DNA from: a virus
Length of the DNA stretch: 64,000 nucleotides
IMG/VR virus record: IMGVR_UViG_3300031787_000075
Location: 1-64,000 of that record
Strand: one strand, 5' to 3'
The position numbers and the translations under genes are program-made. The notes beneath the pieces are model-generated. The model saw only the letters and a program-made list of their open reading frames with translations. It had not been told where the DNA came from and did not search any database. Positions within the stretch are counted from its first letter, which is position 1; each line of letters starts with the position of its first letter. Shown here piece by piece: positions 48,410 through 57,226 of the stretch.

Positions 48410-48897
48410 TTTGTTTCCTTTATTTTTTTACAATAATTTGCTATTAATAGGGCATCGGCCATGTCGTTGGTGATTTTGATTTTTGGCCATAACTGCTCTG
48501 CCCTTTGTTTTAGGTTTCTCTTATGGTCGGTTTGGCTTTCGGTTTTGGCATCTTTCTTTATTCCATAATACTTCTGCCATGTTTGAGGAACATAAAACTC
48601 GGATGGTATGTATGTGGCAGTTAAGAAAGCTTTTAACTTGCCATTATTCTCTCCAAAAACAAACATGGTTTGAGCGCCCATTTTCCTTGCCTCTCCATCT
48701 TCTCCTTTGGCAGGCATGGCCCAAACCTTTTCCATGACAGCAAAACAATCGTACTTGAATGACAATGCGCTCAAAAACTCATAGATTTCTTGGTCTGTTG
48801 CCTTGGCAAATCTTAGGTAAGTTATTTCACCGCTTTCTGTTATAGCCGCTATCGCTCCACTTGCTCCAGGGTCTATTCCTATATAGCACTTTTCCAT
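48406..48897 (-). CDS. RuvC-like Holliday junction resolvase
   Basis: IGIDPGASGAIA, EKV, FG...G, PQTWQK, ADALLIA. Confidence 0.85.
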   Translation of the reverse strand: MEKCYIGIDPGASGAIAAITESGEITYLRFAKATDQEIYEFLSALSFKYDCFAVMEKVWAMPAKGEDGEARKMGAQTMFVFGENNGKLKAFLTATYIPSEFYVPQTWQKYYGIKKDAKTESQTDHKRNLKQRAEQLWPKIKITNDMADALLIANYCKKIKETK

Positions 48898-49781
48898 TAA
48901 AATTCTGCGTTTTCGTCAATGATTTTAGAAATAGAAGCTGCGATTAGAGTTCTTACGTCTTCACTCAATTTGCCATCAAGGACAAATGAATACCCTGCAT
49001 ACGAAAATGTTTGATTTTGTTGGATCATTGGTGCGGTATGAGCGCTTGTTGAACCCGGTATTGGATTTCTAACTTGTTCTGCAGGAAGAGTATCTTTTGG
49101 CGTATGAGGATAAACCGAATGTCCGTTTTGATAAACATCAGGTATGGTTTTAACACTTTCTTGTGTCAACTCCTCTTCTTCAAACTGCACCTCCTGAATT
49201 TGCTCTAATTCAGCTTTTTCAGCCTCCTCCTCTTTCTTCTTTTGGGCCAAGGCAGCCTCTAAAGCAATCTTATGACTAGAAATGGCAGATTTTAACGCGC
49301 TTACGTTTTGATTGATTTCATCCTTAAACTCTTCGCCATCATAGGTGAACTCCCAATTAATCAAATCCTGCTCCATTTGATTTAATTCATCGATTTCTGT
49401 TTTCTGAAACACAGATATTAACCTGTTTTTTAAACCTTCGATAACTTTCTTATGCTTATCCACCCTCTCTTTTTCAATATTCTCTATTGCCTGAACATTT
49501 TTCTGTATTTCATCTTCGACCGGCTTGATTACGGCAACCAATTCTGTTTCTCGCTCGTCATTAATCTTTTTGGCCTTGTTTAAAGCATCTTTGTTGGCTT
49601 TAGCAATTCTCTGTATCTCCAATCTCTTTCGATACAATACAAGGCGCTTTTCATTCATTTCCTTGCAATTGTCTGCAGTAACTACTAATCCCCTAAAATC
49701 CTTTACAAACTCTTGTAATTCGGATTTTTGTTGTTCGAACGGAGTTAATACAACTAACTCCTTTTTTTCTTCATTGTTCAT
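48897..49781 (-). CDS. coiled-coil protein (DUF1351-like)
   Basis: long heptad pattern, adjacent to the YqaJ nuclease. Confidence 0.5.
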   Translation of the reverse strand: MNNEEKKELVVLTPFEQQKSELQEFVKDFRGLVVTADNCKEMNEKRLVLYRKRLEIQRIAKANKDALNKAKKINDERETELVAVIKPVEDEIQKNVQAIENIEKERVDKHKKVIEGLKNRLISVFQKTEIDELNQMEQDLINWEFTYDGEEFKDEINQNVSALKSAISSHKIALEAALAQKKKEEEAEKAELEQIQEVQFEEEELTQESVKTIPDVYQNGHSVYPHTPKDTLPAEQVRNPIPGSTSAHTAPMIQQNQTFSYAGYSFVLDGKLSEDVRTLIAASISKIIDENAEF

Positions 49782-49791
49782 ATATGTTTAA

Positions 49792-50931
49792 TTAAAGGTT
49801 GTTCAATATCTGTGATACCAATCTCTTGGCTTTGGCCTGAATTTCTTCCAACGACTCTCCTTTTGGTTTGGCTTTAAAACCAACAAAATCTAATGTGTGG
49901 GTCTTTCCGTTTCCTTTTATGTAATACCTTAATTTACCATCGCTGCCTGCATCCATATACTCTATACCTCTTAGGGCAAATTCTCTTCTTATTTGGTTCT
50001 CAAAAGCATCTATTTCAGCCTGAATTTCTTTGACAGCTGCGGTTAGCTTAACCCTAGATATGGCATTTTCATATACATCTTCCGGCATCTTTTCCAGCTC
50101 TTTTTGTTTCTGAAACTTCTCGCTGTAAAACTTTTTGTATAAAGGATTTTCATCAGGCAATGGCAAAATAGAGTCGATATGACTTTGTATCTTTTCCTTT
50201 TCTGAATAAGGTGCATTTTCTTTTGTAAACACAAGTTTCTTTACGGTTTCAATTGTATTCCAAGCCTCTTCACTCTTCTCCAAAATTATATTTACTATAA
50301 CCTGGCTTAACTCTAATGGTTGAACTATAAATTCTGTTCCATTTTTTAGCATGGCAAATTCGCAATACTCCACGCCAAAAATCATCATTTCTTGATTGGC
50401 CTGAAAAATGTATTGAGGAGGAACACCACTAACCCACTTGTCGTTATGGAACCCTGAAATAATCTTTGACTCTACCGGAAATCCTATTGGCATTTGTTCG
50501 GCAGTTATAAGGTTAATAGAACCAGGTAGCGCCCAACCATCTGTACTTGTAAATAGTCTTGGATACTTTTTATTGGTCATGTAGCCGCTGAATTGGCTCA
50601 TTTCGCGTATAATCTTATTCGCTACATAATTTTCTACCCATGACCTGCCATTTCCATCCCAATGCTTCCAACGCCTCAAAATACCTGCCTCTGCTAATAA
50701 ACCCGCTACCATGCTTTCGTTCATGACATTTTCCTGCCTTAAACCTACCTTTTCCTCAATTAACTGTGGCAATATCTTCCATTCCGAAGCCCCAGTCACA
50801 ACACCTATCTCGGATGCGCCAAAACCTCTATTTCTGAACTCAAACCACTCCTTAGAATGGGTTTTAATGTTGTAATGTGTGCAATCAGGGTTTAATCTCC
50901 ATGGCTTGCCCTCAAATTTTGTCTGTGTCAT
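49792..50931 (-). CDS. YqaJ/lambda-exonuclease family nuclease
   Basis: EWFEFRNRGFGASE, G..AE, STDG, ESK, PPQYIFQ. Confidence 0.88.
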   Translation of the reverse strand: MTQTKFEGKPWRLNPDCTHYNIKTHSKEWFEFRNRGFGASEIGVVTGASEWKILPQLIEEKVGLRQENVMNESMVAGLLAEAGILRRWKHWDGNGRSWVENYVANKIIREMSQFSGYMTNKKYPRLFTSTDGWALPGSINLITAEQMPIGFPVESKIISGFHNDKWVSGVPPQYIFQANQEMMIFGVEYCEFAMLKNGTEFIVQPLELSQVIVNIILEKSEEAWNTIETVKKLVFTKENAPYSEKEKIQSHIDSILPLPDENPLYKKFYSEKFQKQKELEKMPEDVYENAISRVKLTAAVKEIQAEIDAFENQIRREFALRGIEYMDAGSDGKLRYYIKGNGKTHTLDFVGFKAKPKGESLEEIQAKAKRLVSQILNNL

Positions 50932-51278
50932 AATTTGTAATCCTCAATATCTTTAATTTTAATCATTTGTTCCTTGATCCATTCCAATTCCTTTTTTTGA
51001 ATAGGCATTAAAACATCTCTTTGCCCAATCTTAAATTGGTCCATCTTATTAACTACCATTTCTGCCATCGCTAAAAAGTCCATATTTATAACTCTAGCCC
51101 TTTCCAATGCAGAAGCAACCTGCTCCAACAACTCTTCTTGTGATGCTATTTTTTTGTATTGAGAATTGCCCGGTCTTTGGCTTATCGGAAAGTCTTGCTT
51201 CCTTTTTTTAGCCATGTCCACTATTTCAGTTCTAAATCTCTCAATCAAATCTAATGTTATGTCGGTTTTAGCTGCCAT
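50928..51278 (-). CDS. hypothetical protein
   Basis: ORF in the operon. Confidence 0.6.
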   Translation of the reverse strand: MAAKTDITLDLIERFRTEIVDMAKKRKQDFPISQRPGNSQYKKIASQEELLEQVASALERARVINMDFLAMAEMVVNKMDQFKIGQRDVLMPIQKKELEWIKEQMIKIKDIEDYKL

Positions 51279-51281
51279 ATC

Positions 51282-53336
51282 TTAAAAAGGTAAATTATCT
51301 GGGTCATCGTCAAAGTGAAATCCATCGTCTTTTTCATCTTGCTTTGGATTGTCAAGTAGTGGCGTATCTAGTTTTGCGCTCTTATGGGTTTTCTCTTCCA
51401 CCGTTTTTGCAAAATCATCATTAGCCTCTAACTTGTAGTAATCAGGAATGTCGTAAACAAATGTTTCAGCATGCTTCCAATCCATAAACATTTCAAAATC
51501 TCCCTCCTCTCCTATTTCTGCTTGCTTAATCTTGTTTACAATTACTTGGGTAGGAAAAGTATTATCTCTGACCTCTTTGTAAACTGGTCTGTTACCCATT
51601 TTGCCAATCTCTATTTTCTTGTATTTCTGCCTATGGATGGTAAGTCCTAAATCTGCTTTTTCGTACCATGCAGAACTTCCTTTTACATTGTATAGATCTG
51701 GTGGTTCATAATTTCTACTGCCCTTTATTCTCTCTAATTTGGTTGGATGGGCAATAATGCCTCCAAAAAGGTCTAAATCTCTATTAAAATCCAAAACCCT
51801 ATCTAATTGCTTTGAAACAAATTGTTCATCGCTTTGGCCATTAGGTTTTTGGTGGTCTATTTTATTCCAAGCATCCACGCAATACCCAAAAATATTGTAT
51901 TGAAGCTTTAGGGTTTCTAGGTAATAAAATAACGCATCCAAACTCTTTACTCCTTGTTGGCCTTGGCTTATTTTGGCAATTAACTCTTGGTTTCTATAAT
52001 CAGGCTTAATAAGGTAAAAATGCTCCCTAACGAAATCTTTAGCACGTCTTCTCTGAACCTCTGACATAGACCATGGTTTATTTCTTTCCCATTTAGCACC
52101 ACAAGTTATTTCGGCAATTTTAGCTATTTCCCGCTCTTCGGGCCTACTATCAGGAACAAACAAACCCCATTTAACACCATTCTTTATTGATTGTTGGGTC
52201 ATGTACCACCTCCAAAAAGATGTTTTACCCATACCCGGTATTCCTGTAATAACTCCTAGATACGGCCTTTTTAAACTTATGTACTTATCTACTCCGTTTT
52301 CATGCTCTTTTTCTCCCAATATTAAACCTCTCTGAAATCCTTGCAAGGAAAGTTCTTCCAACTTAGATTCCATCATGTCAAAGGTTACAATTCCTCCTAC
52401 CGGAAATGGTTTCGCGTTCTCAAAACATTGAATTACGCCTTCTTTTCCAAGGCCCTGCAGTTCCTTTTTCTTTTCGCCTGCATGAACCTCGTTTATATCT
52501 TTTCTGCCGCTATAAGTAATGATGTAGCATTTTGATTTACCTATAATACTGGCCAACTCTTCGCGCATCCTTATCCCTGGACCATCATCATCTAGTGCTA
52601 AAAAAACTCTTTTAGCTTTGGCATAGACATTCTCTATAACCCATGGGTCTTTGGCAAAGTCAAGTTTATCATCAATGCTAACTACATTTTCATTTATGGC
52701 TCCATTGGGAACGCTCAATATGTTTTTAAATCCGGCTTCATCCCATGTCATTGCATCTATTTCGCCTTCTGAAATAATTAGGTCCTGACATTCTTGGAAA
52801 TCTAGCAAATGCAATCCCCAGTAACAAACCTTGGCTCCATCCTCCTTTTTCATCTGCCAATTTTTGGAGCAATAGTTTTCCTCTCCTTTAGAATCAATTA
52901 CTTTAATGTCGTATTCTAATCTCCTAAATTTGACATTGACTAACGACCCTCTATAAAAGTATGGAAATCCAACCTGCCCATATTTTTCACCTTTAGATGT
53001 CCAAGCCGGTATCTCGTATAGCAACCATTTTTTAGCTGTGTTAACTGAAATCTTCTTGGGAGAAAGCAGCATATTAACCGTATCCACACCATAGATTTGA
53101 GGAGTTTCTGCAGGAAATCTTGACTTTATTCTTACGGTTTCATACTTCTCGTAGGATTCTAGGTTTCCAGAAAAATTACAATGCTGACATTTGAACCAAT
53201 TATTGTTCGGCTCCGAATTAACGGTTAGGCATGGAACCTTACTTTTCTTTCTGTCCTTGCTGCATTTTGGGCAAGTAGTATAAAACCTTCCGGTCTTGCC
53301 TTTGGTTTCTATGCCTAGGCTTTCAAAAGTGGTCAT
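51282..53336 (-). CDS. primase-helicase (T7 gp4/Twinkle-like)
   Basis: Zn finger CPKC...CQHC, TOPRIM EGEIDA and LDDD.PG, Walker A GIPGMGKT, AHPTK, KGSS, C-terminal NLPF. Confidence 0.92.
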   Translation of the reverse strand: MTTFESLGIETKGKTGRFYTTCPKCSKDRKKSKVPCLTVNSEPNNNWFKCQHCNFSGNLESYEKYETVRIKSRFPAETPQIYGVDTVNMLLSPKKISVNTAKKWLLYEIPAWTSKGEKYGQVGFPYFYRGSLVNVKFRRLEYDIKVIDSKGEENYCSKNWQMKKEDGAKVCYWGLHLLDFQECQDLIISEGEIDAMTWDEAGFKNILSVPNGAINENVVSIDDKLDFAKDPWVIENVYAKAKRVFLALDDDGPGIRMREELASIIGKSKCYIITYSGRKDINEVHAGEKKKELQGLGKEGVIQCFENAKPFPVGGIVTFDMMESKLEELSLQGFQRGLILGEKEHENGVDKYISLKRPYLGVITGIPGMGKTSFWRWYMTQQSIKNGVKWGLFVPDSRPEEREIAKIAEITCGAKWERNKPWSMSEVQRRRAKDFVREHFYLIKPDYRNQELIAKISQGQQGVKSLDALFYYLETLKLQYNIFGYCVDAWNKIDHQKPNGQSDEQFVSKQLDRVLDFNRDLDLFGGIIAHPTKLERIKGSRNYEPPDLYNVKGSSAWYEKADLGLTIHRQKYKKIEIGKMGNRPVYKEVRDNTFPTQVIVNKIKQAEIGEEGDFEMFMDWKHAETFVYDIPDYYKLEANDDFAKTVEEKTHKSAKLDTPLLDNPKQDEKDDGFHFDDDPDNLPF

Positions 53337-53587
53337 AACAATACCTCCTTTTCGTTTTTATGCTCTACTTTGTATTCTGTCACCAGCTTTGCAATAGAAA
53401 CTCTTACTCCATTGTATAAAACCTTTCTAATGCCATTTTTATTTGTAACACTAGCTTTTTTTAATCCCATGAACTTCTTACCAACTTGTCTTGGCAACAA
53501 ATAAAAGTCTTCACCATCGTAAGCTAAATGGCTGTATGGCGGCTTAAAACCAACCCTGTAAGTGAATTTTTTATCTGATATAGGCAT
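53333..53587 (-). CDS. hypothetical protein
   Basis: coupled at both ends. Confidence 0.55.
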   Translation of the reverse strand: MPISDKKFTYRVGFKPPYSHLAYDGEDFYLLPRQVGKKFMGLKKASVTNKNGIRKVLYNGVRVSIAKLVTEYKVEHKNEKEVLL

Positions 53588-54357
53588 TACAATAAATTAT
53601 CTATTAAAACTTTAAATCCGTTGTTAGAAACAAAATCATAATGGTTCTTGCCTTGACTAACTACATTAGGAGCATAGGTGCAAACCTCTAGCATCCTAGG
53701 AACCTGATTAAACTCTGCTATTGCATAAAACAAGCTTTGGTTTCCTATGTATAATTGGCAGCTTTTAATTAACTCCTCTGCTTCTTTAAGGCTTTTGACA
53801 TCGTTTTTTATAGCGGCAGGAACATCTTGTTTAAAAATATTAAACTCTTCGTCTGTGCCAATAAAAACTATGTTGCTGTCAATTTTATTCAGATACGAAT
53901 AATCAATGTATGGGTTTTGCCATCTCGTGGTTCTGTTAACCAAAACAAAATTTTCTTTTATTAGTGAGTAATCTGTGTTAAAAAAGAGTTTTCCTGTATT
54001 TAGTTCCGGATAAGCAAAAACATACCACTTTCTGATATCTGAATATGGTATTGCTATTGACTGGCCCAATTCTTTTACATAATCTAAATCCAAACATACT
54101 TGTCCATTATATTTTGAAACTTTGATATCCAAACCTTCCAACCAATCCTTTATAAATGATATGGCATCATCGTTAATTCCTCCAGGATACAAATGCCCTT
54201 CGTCTTTCAGGTTTTTTAGAGCTGAATTATCCCATAAACAATACTCTAAATCAAAGTCGTGAACCTCTGAATATGCTTTTAGCACCATTACGCTGTAAAC
54301 CACATCTCCTAGCCTACCGCAATGCTTAACTCTTAATAATTTCTTAGGTGTGCCCAT
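53587..54357 (-). CDS. GT-B glycosyltransferase (GT9/heptosyltransferase-like)
   Basis: GRLGDVVYS N-terminal motif; LKEAEELIKSCQLYIGNQS. Confidence 0.7.
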   Translation of the reverse strand: MGTPKKLLRVKHCGRLGDVVYSVMVLKAYSEVHDFDLEYCLWDNSALKNLKDEGHLYPGGINDDAISFIKDWLEGLDIKVSKYNGQVCLDLDYVKELGQSIAIPYSDIRKWYVFAYPELNTGKLFFNTDYSLIKENFVLVNRTTRWQNPYIDYSYLNKIDSNIVFIGTDEEFNIFKQDVPAAIKNDVKSLKEAEELIKSCQLYIGNQSLFYAIAEFNQVPRMLEVCTYAPNVVSQGKNHYDFVSNNGFKVLIDNLL

Positions 54358-55115
54358 TTCTGTATTAATTTAGGTAAATCTTCGTGAATAGGTGTAGTAT
54401 CAAATACGTCATGCCATGCCCAAGGATTAAACTTATCCATGCCCTTTAGCTTTTTATCGCTATCCATGACGAACACGTCTTCCTGCATGGTTTTGATTTT
54501 AGTTGGGTGAATGTATGGGTCACGAACAAATCCCATGTGGTATATTCTAAGGTGAGGAATACTGGCAGTATTTGTTATTGGCTTTAATGAACCTATGCTT
54601 TCGGCATCTCCATGCGCACCATAAATTTTATCTGATTTAACCAACCTAGTTACTATTGTACTACAAGGCTGTCCATTTTTTGGATGATCTAAATATTGGT
54701 ATGGCGAACCCCATAAATTAAACCTAGTGAACTGGTATTCGTTATACTTGGAATCAGAATCAACTATTCCCCTTAAAACATCGTAGCTGTCTTCATGCAA
54801 AATTTCATCTGCTTGCAAGCTAAAAACCCAATCGCAATTTCTCATTTTTACTAAATGGTCTATGCCTAAATTGGTGTAATAGCTAAGTCTTAGTTTGCCA
54901 ATTCTTTTAAAACTATTCCATTCGTAATCGGTGCAAAATATTCTATCTATGTTTTGAATAGAATTAATAATATCAAATGTTTGGTCCTCGGTTTTGATAC
55001 AAACCACGCAAACATGGTCGCAAACCTGTTTCAAGCACTCAATGGCTTGCTGAAATGGGTAATCTAGTTTAACACCATCTCTTATGAACAATACTCCTCC
55101 TAATTTATTTTTCAT
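54333..55115 (-). CDS. GT2-like glycosyltransferase
   Basis: LDYPF, EDQT, WVFSLQADE, IYHMGFVR. Confidence 0.8.
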   Translation of the reverse strand: MKNKLGGVLFIRDGVKLDYPFQQAIECLKQVCDHVCVVCIKTEDQTFDIINSIQNIDRIFCTDYEWNSFKRIGKLRLSYYTNLGIDHLVKMRNCDWVFSLQADEILHEDSYDVLRGIVDSDSKYNEYQFTRFNLWGSPYQYLDHPKNGQPCSTIVTRLVKSDKIYGAHGDAESIGSLKPITNTASIPHLRIYHMGFVRDPYIHPTKIKTMQEDVFVMDSDKKLKGMDKFNPWAWHDVFDTTPIHEDLPKLIQKWAHLRNY

Positions 55116-56475
55116 CGTGCCAACAACATAAAGGTATTTGTAATCCTAAAATACATGGTTGGCCTTGGGTTCCTCCTTCTATATGCCAACACCCATGATA
55201 CTCGCATTTGCCTTGCCTAATATCAATATCTGATAGGTCTAAATGAATCAATTCAGGCTTAACGCTTCCAAAATAAATTACAGACTTCTTTTTCATAGCC
55301 ACAGCTAAATGAGAAGGACCGGAATCTATTCCTATGAAAAATTCGCTATGCCATATAATTGACATAATAGTTGTAATCGAAAGATTAATGACAGGAATAA
55401 CGCCTTCAACATTATAAACATCCTTATCCAACTTTTCGCCATTGCCAATCAATATAACATTGGTTCCTGAATCAACTATCTCCTTGCATATTTTAGCAAA
55501 ATTATCTACTGGGTTTCTGTAATTCTGCTCTCTTCTATCAATGTGCATTACGGCATAAGGAAAATCAAATATTCTATTAGTGTCATTCAACTCTATTCTT
55601 GGTGGGTTAGCTTTTGGCCTTTCTCCAAATGCTGCAAAATAAGCCTCGATATGATTTAGGGTTGGCATCATTTCGTATGACATATCCAAATCCACAACTA
55701 AATCATAATCTATTTGACTTGTATGTAATCTAACCGTATAGGGTTGAAAAGTAAAAACTTGTTCTAGCCCTGGTGTGGTTTCTAAATAAACGGTATAACC
55801 TTTTTCGCTAAAATACCTTAATACTGGCTCCACTTGAATTACATCTCCAAGCGCTCCCATTCTCTTAACCAAAACATTCTTGCTTGCTATTTTGTGAAAT
55901 GTGCCATGAAAGCCAAATGTTTTACCTTTAGGAGGATTAAGTTCATAGGAAAATTTACTGGCAATATGCTCTGGGGCAAATTTACACCCGCTAATTTCTA
56001 AGCTGCCTCTCCATAACCTGCCAATACATTCATCCTCCGGACCTAAAACAGGCTTATCCTCTGTTAATTCAAGTAGCTTTTTACTCCTTAAACTAAAACC
56101 TCCATTACCTACGTTTCTACCATCAATGTAAAGCCATGGCGCTCCAATGTAATCGTATTCTAAAAATTCGTTGGACCATTCGCTGCCATTAATTACAAAT
56201 CCATCATGCTGAATCACCAATACATGACTATAATCCAAGTTCAAGCTGTTTAACAGGTGCGGCATCTTGTTAATAATAAACCTGCTGTAATCATTAGCAT
56301 CTACAATTTTGTCTATTTTGTAGGTAATTGTGTTGGTAACACTAATACTAAGGTCCGTAAACCAAACCACCTTTTGAGGTCGAATGTGTTTTAGGGTTTG
56401 ATTGATTGCATATACGCAATCGCTATAATTCTTTGTGTCAGCAATGACGACAACTATTTGTTTTAAATCAATCAT
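55105..56475 (-). CDS. two-domain glycosyltransferase: DUF5672-like GT-A + GT9-like GT-B
   Basis: QHDGF, YDYIGAPW, GNGGFSLRS, PED, FGFH; then GALGDV and FIGIDSGPSHLA; real start ATG 56475 (the ORF-track extension overlaps the tRNA-like element). Confidence 0.85.
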   Translation of the reverse strand: MIDLKQIVVVIADTKNYSDCVYAINQTLKHIRPQKVVWFTDLSISVTNTITYKIDKIVDANDYSRFIINKMPHLLNSLNLDYSHVLVIQHDGFVINGSEWSNEFLEYDYIGAPWLYIDGRNVGNGGFSLRSKKLLELTEDKPVLGPEDECIGRLWRGSLEISGCKFAPEHIASKFSYELNPPKGKTFGFHGTFHKIASKNVLVKRMGALGDVIQVEPVLRYFSEKGYTVYLETTPGLEQVFTFQPYTVRLHTSQIDYDLVVDLDMSYEMMPTLNHIEAYFAAFGERPKANPPRIELNDTNRIFDFPYAVMHIDRREQNYRNPVDNFAKICKEIVDSGTNVILIGNGEKLDKDVYNVEGVIPVINLSITTIMSIIWHSEFFIGIDSGPSHLAVAMKKKSVIYFGSVKPELIHLDLSDIDIRQGKCEYHGCWHIEGGTQGQPCILGLQIPLCCWHDEK

Positions 56476-56479
56476 ATTG

Positions 56480-56561
56480 TGGGGAGGACAGGATTCGAAC
56501 CTGCACGATGTTTTAGTTGTCGTTACCAACCTTACTACCACCATTCCACATCTACCTCCCC
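56480..56561 (-). ncRNA. tRNA-like element (intact acceptor and T arms, non-canonical D/anticodon region)
   Basis: GGGGAGG...GCAGG-TTCGAAT-CCTGT-CCTCCCC-A. Confidence 0.65.
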
Positions 56562-56694
56562 CTACGTCCGATATATGCCTCGGACAACGGCCGTACGTCT
56601 AATAGTTTTTGAGGCTATCGTTTCCGTTCTTGTCAACCACCCTTTGTTCAGTCAGCTATGTTTTTACAAGCTTCGCTGTTAAGGCAGGATTTTG

Positions 56695-56765
56695 TCACCT
56701 CACTTGGACTTGAACCAAGAATACTACCCCAGCGCTAGGGCTGCCTCACATTTGGCTTTGAGGTG
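56695..56765 (-). ncRNA. tRNA-like element (cloverleaf with 6-nt palindromic anticodon loop)
   Basis: CACCTCA-AA-GCC-AAATGTGA-GGC-A-GCCCT-AGCGCT-GGGGT-AGTATT-CTTGG-TTCAAGT-CCAAG-TGAGGTG-A. Confidence 0.7.
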
Positions 56766-56790
56766 ATTTGGAATACAACAATACAAAAAA

Positions 56791-56833
56791 TCAATTATAA
56801 GTCAATCATAGGTCAATTATAAGTCAATTATAA
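56791..56833. repeat. four tandem 11-bp repeats (TCAATTATAAG)
   Basis: tcaattataag tcaatcatagg tcaattataag tcaattataa. Confidence 0.9.
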
Positions 56834-56859
56834 TTTATTTAAAACCCTGATTTTTAAGC

Positions 56860-56896
56860 AAAAAAAAATCCAACTCTTTTTTGGAGCTGGATTTTT
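56860..56896 (-). terminator. intrinsic terminator ending the structural transcript
   Basis: AAAAATCCAGCTC-loop-GAGTTGGATTTTTTTTT. Confidence 0.8.
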
Positions 56897-56913
56897 AAAT
56901 TAGCTAAAAACTA

Positions 56914-57189
56914 CTAGGCGTTAATGTCGGCAATGATATCGGCAACGCTTTTGTTGGTGTAATAGGTCTTGTAACCTCTACGACCGTTTTTAACTTGAAT
57001 ACCCGCGCTAATGAAGCGATAAATACTTTCATCAACGGTGTCCTCTACTCTTGCCCAGGTGCTACCTTGACGTGTTGGGAATACACCTCTGCGAGTAATT
57101 TCCTCCACAGGCAAACCTTGGGTTTGAGGGGTAACTAACTTGCTACCATCAATTTGATAGACAAGGATTGAAACTACTGATTTTGGCAT
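56914..57189 (-). CDS. small hypothetical protein, possibly an abundant virion component
   Basis: 91 aa; codon style (CGT, GGT, AAC) like the capsid gene; followed by a terminator. Confidence 0.6.
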   Translation of the reverse strand: MPKSVVSILVYQIDGSKLVTPQTQGLPVEEITRRGVFPTRQGSTWARVEDTVDESIYRFISAGIQVKNGRRGYKTYYTNKSVADIIADINA

Positions 57190-57226
57190 CTTTTTAAAAT
57201 ATTAATTGGTTAAACAGAAATCAAAA

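Noticed and set aside
56476-56682. ORF-track N-terminal extension of the GT (to 56544) and plus-strand ORF 56479-56682
   Set aside because: Both are translations of the tRNA-like element; ATG 56475 is the credible start
56562-56694. Hammerhead ribozyme in the tRNA-like spacer
   Set aside because: CTGACTGA...GAAA does not match the CUGANGA core with the required flanking stems
56791-56833. 11-bp repeat as a CRISPR array or sigma70 promoter (contains TTGAC and TATAAT)
   Set aside because: No spacers; TTGAC-TATAAT spacings are 11 or 22 nt, not ~17
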